In this document: positions 25,623 through 34,732 of the stretch, one piece after another
Position numbering within the stretch: position 1 is the first letter of the stretch
Layout: every line of letters starts with the position of its first letter
Assembly (NCBI GenBank): GCA_016234345.1
Contig: JACRFG010000078.1
Span: 1-36,413 of the forward strand
Direction of reading: 5' to 3'
DNA length: 36,413 nucleotides
Source of the DNA: Candidatus Jorgensenbacteria bacterium
GTDB taxonomy: Bacteria > Patescibacteriota > Minisyncoccia > UBA6257 > GWB1-50-10
Position numbers and translations under genes: made by a program
The notes under the pieces: generated by a model
Seen by the model: only the letters and a program-made list of their open reading frames with translations
Told to the model about the DNA's origin: nothing
Database searches by the model: none

Positions 25623-27409
25623 CAAAATCAGAAGAAAGGGAGTGTCAAAATTGTAAGCGAGAGTTTATTTTTGAGCCAGACGACTTTGAATTTTATGAGA
25701 AAATGCGGGTGCCACCACCAACGTGGTGTCCGCTATGTCGTTTACAACGCCGTCTTATTTGGAGAAACGAGCGCAATCTTTCACGCCGGAGCTGCGATCT
25801 TTGCAAAAAAGAAATCCTATCAATGTATGGAAATGAGGTGAAATTTCCTGTGTATTGTCCCGCGTGTTGGAAGGGTGATGCATGGGATTCTCTTTCTTAT
25901 GGGAGAGAATACAATTTTTCGAAACCTTTTTTTGAACAATATCGATCACTTATGGATGAAGTGCCTCGGCCGAGTTTAAGCCACAATAATACGAATGTGA
26001 ACTGTGATTACGCGAACATGATTCAAGACGTGAAAAACGTCTACTTTTCATTTTCGGTGATTTGGGAATCAGAAGATGTGTACTATTCAAACAATGTGGA
26101 TCGATCTCGAAGCATAGTAGATTCTATGAATGTGTCGGAGAGTGAAATGGTATATGGCTCGATGGGAAGCGTTAAGAATTACCGATCTCGATACTGTTAT
26201 TGGTCTTCCGGGTGCGTTGATTGTACGTTTATGCTCGATGCGAGCGGGTGTTCTAATTGCTTCGGGTGCGTAGGATTGCGGAATAGGCAGTACTGCATTT
26301 TCAACGAAGAGTACTCGAAAGAGGATTACAAAAAGACAGTAGCATCTTTTGATATTGGCAGTTACAAAAATTTTCTCGATTTTCAGAGACGATTTGAAGA
26401 ATTAGCGTTAAAATTTCCCCGGAAGTATGCGCGCATTATAAACAGTGTTCGTTCAACTGGAGATGAGATGCTTAATTGCAAAAACGTGCGTTATGGATTC
26501 AATGTTTCTGGTGTTGAAGACGGTAAATACTTGTTTCGCTGTCCGGGGACAAAGCAAGCAATGGACGCTTGTCATTGTGGTAAAGCAGAGTTTGTGTATG
26601 AACACGGTATGGGAGGATCAAGTCCTGGCCTCGAATTAAGATTTATTGTGAACGGGATGCCGGGGCAGCACCACGTGACTTACAGCGATTACTGCGGTTC
26701 ATCATCGTATCTTTTCGGTTGTGTGGGGGTTAAAAATAAAGAATACTGCATTTTGAACAAGCAATACTCGAAAGAAGCATTTGATGAGCTTGTTCCGCGC
26801 ATTACGAGGCATATGGATCAGGAGCCGTATATCGATGACCGCGGCCGAGTGTACAAATATGGAGAATTTGTACCTCCCGCGTTTTCTCCCTTTGCATACA
26901 ATGAGTCGGTGATTCAAGAATATGTTCCTTTGACAAAAGAGCGTGCCGAGGAGTTGGGGTACGGGTGGAAGGTAAAAGAAAAGAAAGGGTATAACATTTC
27001 TGTTGGATCACATAAAATTACGGATCACATTAAAGACGTTAATGATTCAATAACGACTCAAATAATCGGATGTTCGAATGAGGGAAGGGAAGAGGGGTGC
27101 ACCACCGCATTTCGGATAGTTCCTGAGGAATTAGCTTTTTATCGGCGCATGGAAATACCATTGCCGAGGTACTGTCCTAATTGTCGTCATGCCACTCGCC
27201 TTAAAAAACGTAATCCCGTAGAACTTTGGCACAGAAATTGTATGTGTAATTCTTCGGAGAGTAGTCGTGTAACAAGTATCTTGTACATAAATACAAGAAA
27301 GCATTTTCACGGAAATGATCCGTGCCCGAATCAATTTGAAACATCATATGCTCCGGATCGTAACGAAACCGTTTATTGCGAAACTTGTTACAATAGCGAA
27401 GTAGTTTAA
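25619..27409 (+). CDS. Cys-rich zinc-ribbon/repeat protein, array paralog 4 (596 aa)
   Basis: Its start overlaps the paralog 3 stop (ATGA). Family motifs are present throughout, and the tail is TVYCETCYNSEVV. Confidence 0.85.
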   Translation: MTKSEERECQNCKREFIFEPDDFEFYEKMRVPPPTWCPLCRLQRRLIWRNERNLSRRSCDLCKKEILSMYGNEVKFPVYCPACWKGDAWDSLSYGREYNFSKPFFEQYRSLMDEVPRPSLSHNNTNVNCDYANMIQDVKNVYFSFSVIWESEDVYYSNNVDRSRSIVDSMNVSESEMVYGSMGSVKNYRSRYCYWSSGCVDCTFMLDASGCSNCFGCVGLRNRQYCIFNEEYSKEDYKKTVASFDIGSYKNFLDFQRRFEELALKFPRKYARIINSVRSTGDEMLNCKNVRYGFNVSGVEDGKYLFRCPGTKQAMDACHCGKAEFVYEHGMGGSSPGLELRFIVNGMPGQHHVTYSDYCGSSSYLFGCVGVKNKEYCILNKQYSKEAFDELVPRITRHMDQEPYIDDRGRVYKYGEFVPPAFSPFAYNESVIQEYVPLTKERAEELGYGWKVKEKKGYNISVGSHKITDHIKDVNDSITTQIIGCSNEGREEGCTTAFRIVPEELAFYRRMEIPLPRYCPNCRHATRLKKRNPVELWHRNCMCNSSESSRVTSILYINTRKHFHGNDPCPNQFETSYAPDRNETVYCETCYNSEVV

Positions 27410-27416
27410 TAAAAAT

Positions 27417-27710
27417 ATGAAATTCAATGTTCCGAAATCGCAATATAATCTCATAAGCATTGTTCGTGGCGTGGGATATCGGCCGCTTGGATATACTCAG
27501 GGGGGGGAGTTGAACTGCGTAAGGCCTCTCGGTGCGGACTATCCGAGGTTTCACCTCTATATTAGAGAAGGAAGCGAGAGTTTTATGTTTAACCTTCATC
27601 TCGATCAAAAGAGACCTTCGTATCAGGGCTCTACTGCTCATAGTGGTGACTACAACAGCGATATTATTAAAAGTGAAGCTTCTAGGATTAGAGGAATCAT
27701 CGGAATATGA
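27417..27710 (+). CDS. Hypothetical protein (97 aa) embedded in the array
   Basis: It starts 7 nt after the paralog 4 stop, and its own stop overlaps the paralog 5 start (ATGA). The sequence reads ...YPRFHLYIREGSESFMFNLHLDQKRPSYQGSTAHSGDY.... No family was recognised. Confidence 0.55.
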   Translation: MKFNVPKSQYNLISIVRGVGYRPLGYTQGGELNCVRPLGADYPRFHLYIREGSESFMFNLHLDQKRPSYQGSTAHSGDYNSDIIKSEASRIRGIIGI

Positions 27711-29428
27711 ATATAGAGACGAAAACCTGTCAAAATTGCAAACAGAACTTCGTTATCGAACCGGATGATATCAATTATTATCAAAAATTTAGTCTTTCTT
27801 TTCCTAGAATGTGTCCGCTTTGTCGGGCACAGCGTCGCCTCTCGTTTAGGAACGAAAGATATTTATACAAAAGAAACTGCGATCGTTGCAAGAAATCGAT
27901 CATTTCAATGTATAGTCCAAACAAACCCTATCCTGTTTGGTGCCCGGATTGCTGGTTTTCTGATGAGTGGAACCCGCTTGATTATGGAAGAGAGTATGAC
28001 CGTTCTAAACCTTTTTTTGAGCAGATGAATGAATTATGGAAAAAAGTTCCTAAGGTAGCCCTCATTTACGTACGAAGTGTAAATTCTGAATATATTAATA
28101 TTTCCGCAGACAACAAGAATTGTTACATGATTGTTGAATCATCCAACAATGAGGATTGCGCCCATTGTTATTGGATTCAGGTTTGCAAGGATTGTGTCGA
28201 TGTTTCTTTTTCCCATCAAACCCAGTTTTCTTATGAAAGTGATGACTCTTATGATTCATATCGTCTTTTTTATAGCAAGGGTTGCTATAATTGTTTGGAC
28301 AGTTATTTTCTTTTTGACTGTCGTGGTTGTTCAAATTGCATTGGTTGCGTTAACCTTCGCAATAAGCAATACCATATTTTCAATAAACCTTACTCAAAAG
28401 AAGATTATGAAAAGTTTTTAAGAGAAGTGCGTTTAGACTCTTATAATGGGGTAGAGTTATTAAGAGAAAAATTTAAAAATTTTCTTATCGCTCAACCAAG
28501 AAAATATTCAGAAATTTATAACGCCTCTCGTTCAACCGGCAATTACATAACTAATGCTAAAAATTGTCGGATCTGTTTTCACGCCTATGATGCTGAGGAT
28601 AATGCTTATAGTGTTCATGTTTGGCGTGGTGCTAAAGGAATTATGGATTGTGATACTTCGGGACGCGGCGCCGAATTTAACTACAATTCTTTAAATGCCG
28701 GTCTTGCTGCCTCTTACTGTATCTGTACGAGTGTTTGCTGGGGATCTTCTTTCGCTGAATACTCTTTTTATTGCCATAATTGCAATAACGTTTTCGGTTC
28801 TGTCGGATTAAGAAAGAAAAACTATTGTATTCTGAACAAGCAATATTCTAAGGATGAATATGAAAAATTAATGAAAGAAATCGTTAATAGCTTGAGCAAA
28901 GACCATGGTTATGGGGATTTTTTCCCGCTTTGGATGAGCCCTTTTGGTTATAATGAATCGTCTGCAATTGATCAGTTCCCGCTTGCTAAAGCGGAAGCGA
29001 TAAATCAAGGCTTTACGTGGGAAGATTATCCGCGCGGCACTTATGGGAAAGAGATGGTGAAATGGAGCGAAGTGCCAGATTCCATTCGGGATGTGGGGCA
29101 TTTGGATGTGCTAAATGTGATTTTCGCGTGCGAATCGTGTAAGAAAAATTATCGTATTATCCCGTACGAGTTCGAGTTCTATAAGAAGCTCGATACTCCT
29201 TTGCCGCGCCTCTGTCCTGATTGTCGGCATACTCGTCGTTTCACTGCGCGTGGGCCAAATCGTTTATGGCATCGCCAATGCATGTGTGACTATGCTGTTT
29301 ATTCGAATACCGTTACTCATAAACATCATTCAACCGGCCGTTGTCCCAATGAATTTGAAACTTCTTATGCGTCAGATAGGAAAGAGATTGTGTATTGCGA
29401 ACAATGTTATAACAGTGAAGTAGTATGA
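27707..29428 (+). CDS. Cys-rich zinc-ribbon/repeat protein, array paralog 5 (573 aa)
   Basis: Family motifs are present. The C-terminus is a hybrid: a plain CESCKKNY ribbon, followed by CMCDYAVYSNTVTHKHHSTGRCPNEFETSY and IVYCEQCYNSEVV. Confidence 0.85.
   Translation: MNIETKTCQNCKQNFVIEPDDINYYQKFSLSFPRMCPLCRAQRRLSFRNERYLYKRNCDRCKKSIISMYSPNKPYPVWCPDCWFSDEWNPLDYGREYDRSKPFFEQMNELWKKVPKVALIYVRSVNSEYINISADNKNCYMIVESSNNEDCAHCYWIQVCKDCVDVSFSHQTQFSYESDDSYDSYRLFYSKGCYNCLDSYFLFDCRGCSNCIGCVNLRNKQYHIFNKPYSKEDYEKFLREVRLDSYNGVELLREKFKNFLIAQPRKYSEIYNASRSTGNYITNAKNCRICFHAYDAEDNAYSVHVWRGAKGIMDCDTSGRGAEFNYNSLNAGLAASYCICTSVCWGSSFAEYSFYCHNCNNVFGSVGLRKKNYCILNKQYSKDEYEKLMKEIVNSLSKDHGYGDFFPLWMSPFGYNESSAIDQFPLAKAEAINQGFTWEDYPRGTYGKEMVKWSEVPDSIRDVGHLDVLNVIFACESCKKNYRIIPYEFEFYKKLDTPLPRLCPDCRHTRRFTARGPNRLWHRQCMCDYAVYSNTVTHKHHSTGRCPNEFETSYASDRKEIVYCEQCYNSEVV
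27725..27762 (+). repeat. 38-nt tract identical to 29443-29480 (5' ends of paralogs 5 and 6)
   Basis: The tract acctgtcaaaattgcaaacagaacttcgttatcgaacc is found identically in both genes. Confidence 0.9.
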
Positions 29429-31197
29429 ATTCGGAAACCAAGACCTGTCAAAATTGCAAACAGAACTTCGTTATCGAACCCGAAGATTTTCAGTTCTATG
29501 AGAAAATAAAGGTTCTGCAGCCCACGTGGTGCCCGGAGTGTCGGATGATAAGGCGAATGATTATTCGTAATGAAAGAGTGTTGTATCGGAGACCATGTAA
29601 GGGATTGGGGCATAACGAAGAAGTAATTTCTATTTATTCCGCTGATAAGCCGTTTAATGTTTACGATCAGAAGTTGTGGTGGTCTGACGAGTGGGATTCA
29701 TTGCAATTTGGTAAAACATACGACTTTTCTCGTCCATTTTTTGAACAATTCAAGGAATTATGGGAGACGGTACCTCTTTTGGCGCTGTCAAACTCTAATG
29801 CCATAAACAGCGACTATTGTAATGTCGCCGATCAAAGCAAGGATTCCTATATGACCTCAGGTTCCTTCAAAATAGAGAACACCCATTATTCTAATCGGGT
29901 GTATACAGTAAAAGATTCTATGGATTTATATGTTGGTTTCAGAAATGAACTTTGTTACGAATGCGTTCACTGTTCGGACTGTTATCGGGTTGTTTATGGT
30001 AAGCAATGTATCGGTTGCACCGATTCTTATTTTCTCTATGATTGTCGCAATTGTTCTAATTGCTTCGGTTGCACTAATTTGAGAAATAAAAATCACTGCA
30101 TTTTTAACAAGCAATACACCAAAGAAGATTATTTGAAGAAAATTTCGGAATTTAATCTTGGGAGTGCGAAACAGATCGAAAAGTTAAGTAAAGAATTTAA
30201 TAATGTATATTTTAAATCCATTCATAAATACGCGACGATTTTAAAATCGGTTAATGTTATTGGTGATAATGTTAGCGATGCCAAGAATTGCAAAGTTTGT
30301 TTCGATATAACCGAAGGCGGTGAAGATTGTAAATATGTTCATTGGGGAGGGTTGCAGACAAAAGATGTCTATGATGGTGGACCTGGTGTCGGGATTATAG
30401 ATCTTTCATATGAGATTGTTGATACTGGGTTGCAAGGCTCTAATATCGCTTTCACTAATGTTGTTTATGGATCTCATAATGTTCGCTATGCTCTTTTTTG
30501 CCATAATTCATCGAATATTTTCGGTTGTATCGGGTTGAGAAATAAGAATTATTGCATTTTGAATAAACAGTACTCGAAAGAAGAATACGAAGAGTTAATA
30601 CCTAGGGTTATAAAACACATGAATCATATGCCATATATTGATGAGCGGGACAGACAATATCGGTATGGTGAGTTTTTTCCACCCTCCATTTCGCCGTTTT
30701 GTTATAACGAAAGCATTGCGCAGGATTATTTTCCGCTTACTAGAGAAAAAGCATTAGAGAGGGGATATAAATGGAGAGAGTTGGATGAACGTCACTATAA
30801 AACAACAAAGAAAGCAGTCGACCTTCCCGACAACATAAAAGAAGTGACCGATGAAATTCTCAAAGAAATTATCGAGTGCGTGCATAAAGGAGAATGCAAT
30901 GATGGTTGTACAATAGCTTTCAAGATAATGCCAGCAGAGCTCCAATTTTATCAACGTCTTAATTTACCGTTACCACGATTTTGTTTTAATTGTCGGCATG
31001 TCAGACGGTTACAGGAAAGGAATCCATTAAAATTGTGGCATCGTGGATGTATGTGTGATTATGAGGTTTATCCGAACACGAGACGCCATAAACATCATTT
31101 GGATGGTCGGTGTCCCAATGAATTTGAAACGAGTTATTCTTCCGAACGAAAAGAGATCGTGTATTGTGAACAATGTTATAACGCGGAAGTAGTATGA
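29425..31197 (+). CDS. Cys-rich zinc-ribbon/repeat protein, array paralog 6 (590 aa, GHNEE variant)
   Basis: ATGA overlaps occur at both ends. The second N-terminal ribbon is replaced by PCKGLGHNEEVISIYS...VYDQKLWW. The rest matches the family, and the tail is IVYCEQCYNAEVV. Confidence 0.85.
   Translation: MNSETKTCQNCKQNFVIEPEDFQFYEKIKVLQPTWCPECRMIRRMIIRNERVLYRRPCKGLGHNEEVISIYSADKPFNVYDQKLWWSDEWDSLQFGKTYDFSRPFFEQFKELWETVPLLALSNSNAINSDYCNVADQSKDSYMTSGSFKIENTHYSNRVYTVKDSMDLYVGFRNELCYECVHCSDCYRVVYGKQCIGCTDSYFLYDCRNCSNCFGCTNLRNKNHCIFNKQYTKEDYLKKISEFNLGSAKQIEKLSKEFNNVYFKSIHKYATILKSVNVIGDNVSDAKNCKVCFDITEGGEDCKYVHWGGLQTKDVYDGGPGVGIIDLSYEIVDTGLQGSNIAFTNVVYGSHNVRYALFCHNSSNIFGCIGLRNKNYCILNKQYSKEEYEELIPRVIKHMNHMPYIDERDRQYRYGEFFPPSISPFCYNESIAQDYFPLTREKALERGYKWRELDERHYKTTKKAVDLPDNIKEVTDEILKEIIECVHKGECNDGCTIAFKIMPAELQFYQRLNLPLPRFCFNCRHVRRLQERNPLKLWHRGCMCDYEVYPNTRRHKHHLDGRCPNEFETSYSSERKEIVYCEQCYNAEVV
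29443..29480 (+). repeat. 38-nt tract identical to 27725-27762
   Basis: See the partner copy at 27725-27762. Confidence 0.9.
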
Positions 31198-32939
31198 TTT
31201 CTAAAACCCCACAATTTGATAAAGCCTTAGATAAGGTTTTGCATGAACTTATCCCACATGCTCGTGAATGCGATCAGCGGGATATTTCCGAGTATTGCGA
31301 GAAAAAGTTCGAAATTACAGATCAGGATATTGAGTTTTTGAAGATCCTTCGTGTTCCTCCTCCAATACAATGCCCAACCTGCCGGCGGCAAAGACGCTTT
31401 TCATTTATGAATTGGACACGTCTTTTTAAGCGTCCTTGTAATGCTCCAGGACATAATGAAGAAATCATTTCTTCCGTTTCGACATCATGTCCATTCCCTG
31501 TCGTTGATATTCCATACTATCAATCGAGCTATTTCGATCCTACACGCATGGGGTTTGTATCTGACATAGGAAAATCGTTTTGGTCACAATTTTATGAACT
31601 CCGTAGACGCGTGCCCTTACCGGCAATGGTACAAGAACCATCGAATGTGAATGCCGAATATTCAATGGGTGGACGCAACTCAAAGAATGTATATTATGCG
31701 ACTGGCGTTTTCAATTCGGAGGATATTCTCTATGCCAATGGTATTAGAGATTGCCGCGAGTGTATGGATATAATTTTTGTGACCAAAGCCGATCGTGTGT
31801 ATGAGGCGATCAGGTCGGAAAATATTGTTAATTCTTCATATATTTATTTCTCCGAAGAATGCATTGATTCAATGTTTCTTTTTGATTGTCGGAATTGCAT
31901 CAATTGTTTTGGATGCGTAAATCTCCGCAATAAGAGTTTTTGCTTTTTTAATGAGCAGCTTTCCCGTGAGGCTTATTTGGAAAAAATTAAAGCGTTTGAT
32001 ATGGGCGATCGAAAAACTCTTCGTTCTTTGCTCGACCGTTTTTGGTCGTTTGTGAAGTCTCGGCCGATTCGAGCGAGCCAAAATTTTTCTTCTGAAAGGG
32101 TAAACGGCGTTAGTATTTCTCAATCTCGAGATTTGGACTACGTTATCGCCGCAGAAAATTCCGGGCATGTGCGTCACTCCGAAGACATTTTAGGACATCA
32201 TGATTCCATGGATGTTACCGTGTCCGGAGGCCATTCCCACCACCTGTATGAAACATCAAATGTCGGTTCTCAATCTTCTGTTACTAAGTTTTCGTTTACA
32301 TCAAAATATATAACCGACTCCGAATTCCTTTTAAATTGTAAGCGTTGTAAAAACTGTTTTGGGTGTGTCGGCCTTGAGGACAAATCATTTTATATATTGA
32401 ATATCCCTTATAAGCCGGACGAGTATTGGAGCACCGTTGATAAGATAAAACTCGCTATGCTTGGGCGGGGAGAGTACGGGATGGGTGTTCCAATATCCTT
32501 TTCACCCTATGCATACAATATAACTCTGGCAAACGTTCCGTTTCCTCTTGCGTCGGAAGCAGTTACCCGACTTCACGGATACTCGCAGGGTGAAACAGAG
32601 AGTAATGTTAAAAACATGCCGACTTTGAAGTCAGATGAGGTGCCGCGTTCCATTGATGATGTATCTGATACGATTATTCAAACAGCAGTTCTATCGGAGC
32701 ATTCCGGCCGGCCCTTTAGAATCGTTCCGAAGGAGCTTGAGTTTTACCGAAGACATCGTCTATCTATTCCACTTTCCCATCCTTATGAGCGTATGGATGC
32801 ACGGACAAGAATCATGGGTTCCTACAAAGCGTATAGGGCAGTTTGTTCTCATTGTGGAAAGAATATTCAGAGCGCATTTGATCCGGCTGAAGGCTTTACT
32901 CTTTATTGCGATATGTGTTATCAGAATGAAGTATTATGA
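31194..32939 (+). CDS. Cys-rich zinc-ribbon/repeat protein, array paralog 7 (581 aa, most divergent)
   Basis: It has an extended, divergent N-terminus (ECDQRDISEYCEKKFEITDQDIEFLKILRVPPPIQCPTCRRQRR) and the GHNEE variant (PCNAPGHNEEIISSVS). Caps are retained (CINCFGCVNLRNKSFCFFNEQ, CKNCFGCVGLEDKSFYILN). The tail is LYCDMCYQNEVL. Confidence 0.8.
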   Translation: MISKTPQFDKALDKVLHELIPHARECDQRDISEYCEKKFEITDQDIEFLKILRVPPPIQCPTCRRQRRFSFMNWTRLFKRPCNAPGHNEEIISSVSTSCPFPVVDIPYYQSSYFDPTRMGFVSDIGKSFWSQFYELRRRVPLPAMVQEPSNVNAEYSMGGRNSKNVYYATGVFNSEDILYANGIRDCRECMDIIFVTKADRVYEAIRSENIVNSSYIYFSEECIDSMFLFDCRNCINCFGCVNLRNKSFCFFNEQLSREAYLEKIKAFDMGDRKTLRSLLDRFWSFVKSRPIRASQNFSSERVNGVSISQSRDLDYVIAAENSGHVRHSEDILGHHDSMDVTVSGGHSHHLYETSNVGSQSSVTKFSFTSKYITDSEFLLNCKRCKNCFGCVGLEDKSFYILNIPYKPDEYWSTVDKIKLAMLGRGEYGMGVPISFSPYAYNITLANVPFPLASEAVTRLHGYSQGETESNVKNMPTLKSDEVPRSIDDVSDTIIQTAVLSEHSGRPFRIVPKELEFYRRHRLSIPLSHPYERMDARTRIMGSYKAYRAVCSHCGKNIQSAFDPAEGFTLYCDMCYQNEVL

Positions 32940-32945
32940 TGAATC

Positions 32946-34730
32946 ATGAGTGAAGAAAACCACAATTGCCAAAATTGTAAGAAAAATTTCGTTATTGAGC
33001 CGGAGGATTTTGAATTTTACAAGAAAATACAGGTTCTAGCACCGACGTTTTGTCCGCGGTGCCGGCTACAGCGGCGGTTAGCATTTAAGAACGAGCGAAC
33101 GCTCTATAAACGTAACTGTGATTTATGCAAGAAAGATATCATAGCTATTTTTCCATCAGACGTTCCGTTTCCGGTCTACTGCCCGCCGTGTTGGTTTTCC
33201 GATAAGTGGGATGCTGAGAGTTACGGCGTTACTTATGATCCGACGAGGAATTTTTTCCCACAGTTTCACGATTTGATGAAACGCGTCCCCAAGGTTGGAT
33301 TGTATATAGATTGGCAGAGAACGGTGAATAGCGAATATCTCCATCTTACCGGTCCGATGAAGGATTGTTATCTGCTTTTTTTGGCTGAAGACACAGAAAA
33401 CTGCATGTATTCCTACGGCTTATTTCATTCCAAAGATACTGTTGATTGCACAAAAGTTTTACATTCAACCGAGAGCTATGAGTTAGTAAATTGCCACAAT
33501 TGTTACCATACATTATTTTCCGTTGATTGCCGGAATTGTGTCAACGTTTATTTTTCGAGGAATCTGAATAACTGCACCGATTGTTTTGGTTGTGTTAATT
33601 TAGTCGGCAAGAAAAATTGTATTTGGAATAAGCAGCACACAGAGGAAGATTATAAGAAAGAAATCAACAAACTACTATCAGGGTCTTTTAGAGACTTTGA
33701 TTATTACAAAAAACAATCGCGTGAAACGTGGCTCAAGTATCCGAATAAGTTTATCCACGGCCATAGCAATAATAATGTAAGTGGCGATTATATATACAAC
33801 AGTAAAAACGTACAACATTCGTTCGAGGTAATAGGCGGTGAGGATAACAAATATTGTCATGTTATCAATATGCAGCCGACCAACAATTGTTATGACTACG
33901 GCGATTGGGGTAAGAATGCTTCATTCATGTACGAATCCGTTAACTGTGGCGAAGATATTAGTAATACCAGATTTTCTTATGGCACTTGGATAGGCAAGGA
34001 AATGGACTATTGCGATGTGTCGATCGAAGGCGATAATCTATTTGGCTGTATTTCTTTAAGACGTAAAGGGTATTGCATTTTAAATAAGCGTTACAGCAAG
34101 GGAGAATATTTGTCGTTGCGGGATAGGATTATTAAAGACATGAATCAAAATCCGTACATCGACAAAAGGGGGCGTGTTTACCGTTATGGTGAGTTTTTTC
34201 CGATAGAGCTTTCACCTTATCCATATTATGACACCGCCGCCAATGATTTATTCTCTTTATCGAAAGAGGAGATCATATCCGAAGGTTATCGGTGGCGCGA
34301 TTCAGAAAAAAGAGAATATGCTGCGACGTGTAAAGCTACCGATCTACCTAATACAATTCAGGAAGTGAAAGACAGTATATTGCATGAGGTGATTGAGTGT
34401 GCGCATAAAGGAAATTGTAATGATCGTTGCACTATAGCTTTTAGAATAGTGCCTCAAGAATTGGCTTTTTATCGCAAGATGAATATACCGTTGCCGCATT
34501 TATGCCATAATTGCCGTCATTATGAACGGTTCAAATTTATGAATCCGCCTCAGCTTTGGGATCGGCATTGCGCCTGTAGCGGTTTTCAGTCAAAAGGCGG
34601 GGTGTATTCAAACACCATTTCGCACTTTCATGGCGACAAAGAATGTCCCAATAGATTTAAGACCAGTTATTCACTAGTTCGTTCCGAAATCGTCTACTGC
34701 GAGCAGTGTTACAACGCAGAAGTAATTTAA
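32946..34730 (+). CDS. Cys-rich zinc-ribbon/repeat protein, array paralog 8 (594 aa)
   Basis: It carries CQNCKKNFVIEPEDFEFYKKIQVLAPTFCPRCRLQRR, the caps, CHNCRHYERF, CPNRFKTSY and IVYCEQCYNAEVI. Confidence 0.85.
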   Translation: MSEENHNCQNCKKNFVIEPEDFEFYKKIQVLAPTFCPRCRLQRRLAFKNERTLYKRNCDLCKKDIIAIFPSDVPFPVYCPPCWFSDKWDAESYGVTYDPTRNFFPQFHDLMKRVPKVGLYIDWQRTVNSEYLHLTGPMKDCYLLFLAEDTENCMYSYGLFHSKDTVDCTKVLHSTESYELVNCHNCYHTLFSVDCRNCVNVYFSRNLNNCTDCFGCVNLVGKKNCIWNKQHTEEDYKKEINKLLSGSFRDFDYYKKQSRETWLKYPNKFIHGHSNNNVSGDYIYNSKNVQHSFEVIGGEDNKYCHVINMQPTNNCYDYGDWGKNASFMYESVNCGEDISNTRFSYGTWIGKEMDYCDVSIEGDNLFGCISLRRKGYCILNKRYSKGEYLSLRDRIIKDMNQNPYIDKRGRVYRYGEFFPIELSPYPYYDTAANDLFSLSKEEIISEGYRWRDSEKREYAATCKATDLPNTIQEVKDSILHEVIECAHKGNCNDRCTIAFRIVPQELAFYRKMNIPLPHLCHNCRHYERFKFMNPPQLWDRHCACSGFQSKGGVYSNTISHFHGDKECPNRFKTSYSLVRSEIVYCEQCYNAEVI

Positions 34731-34732
34731 TC

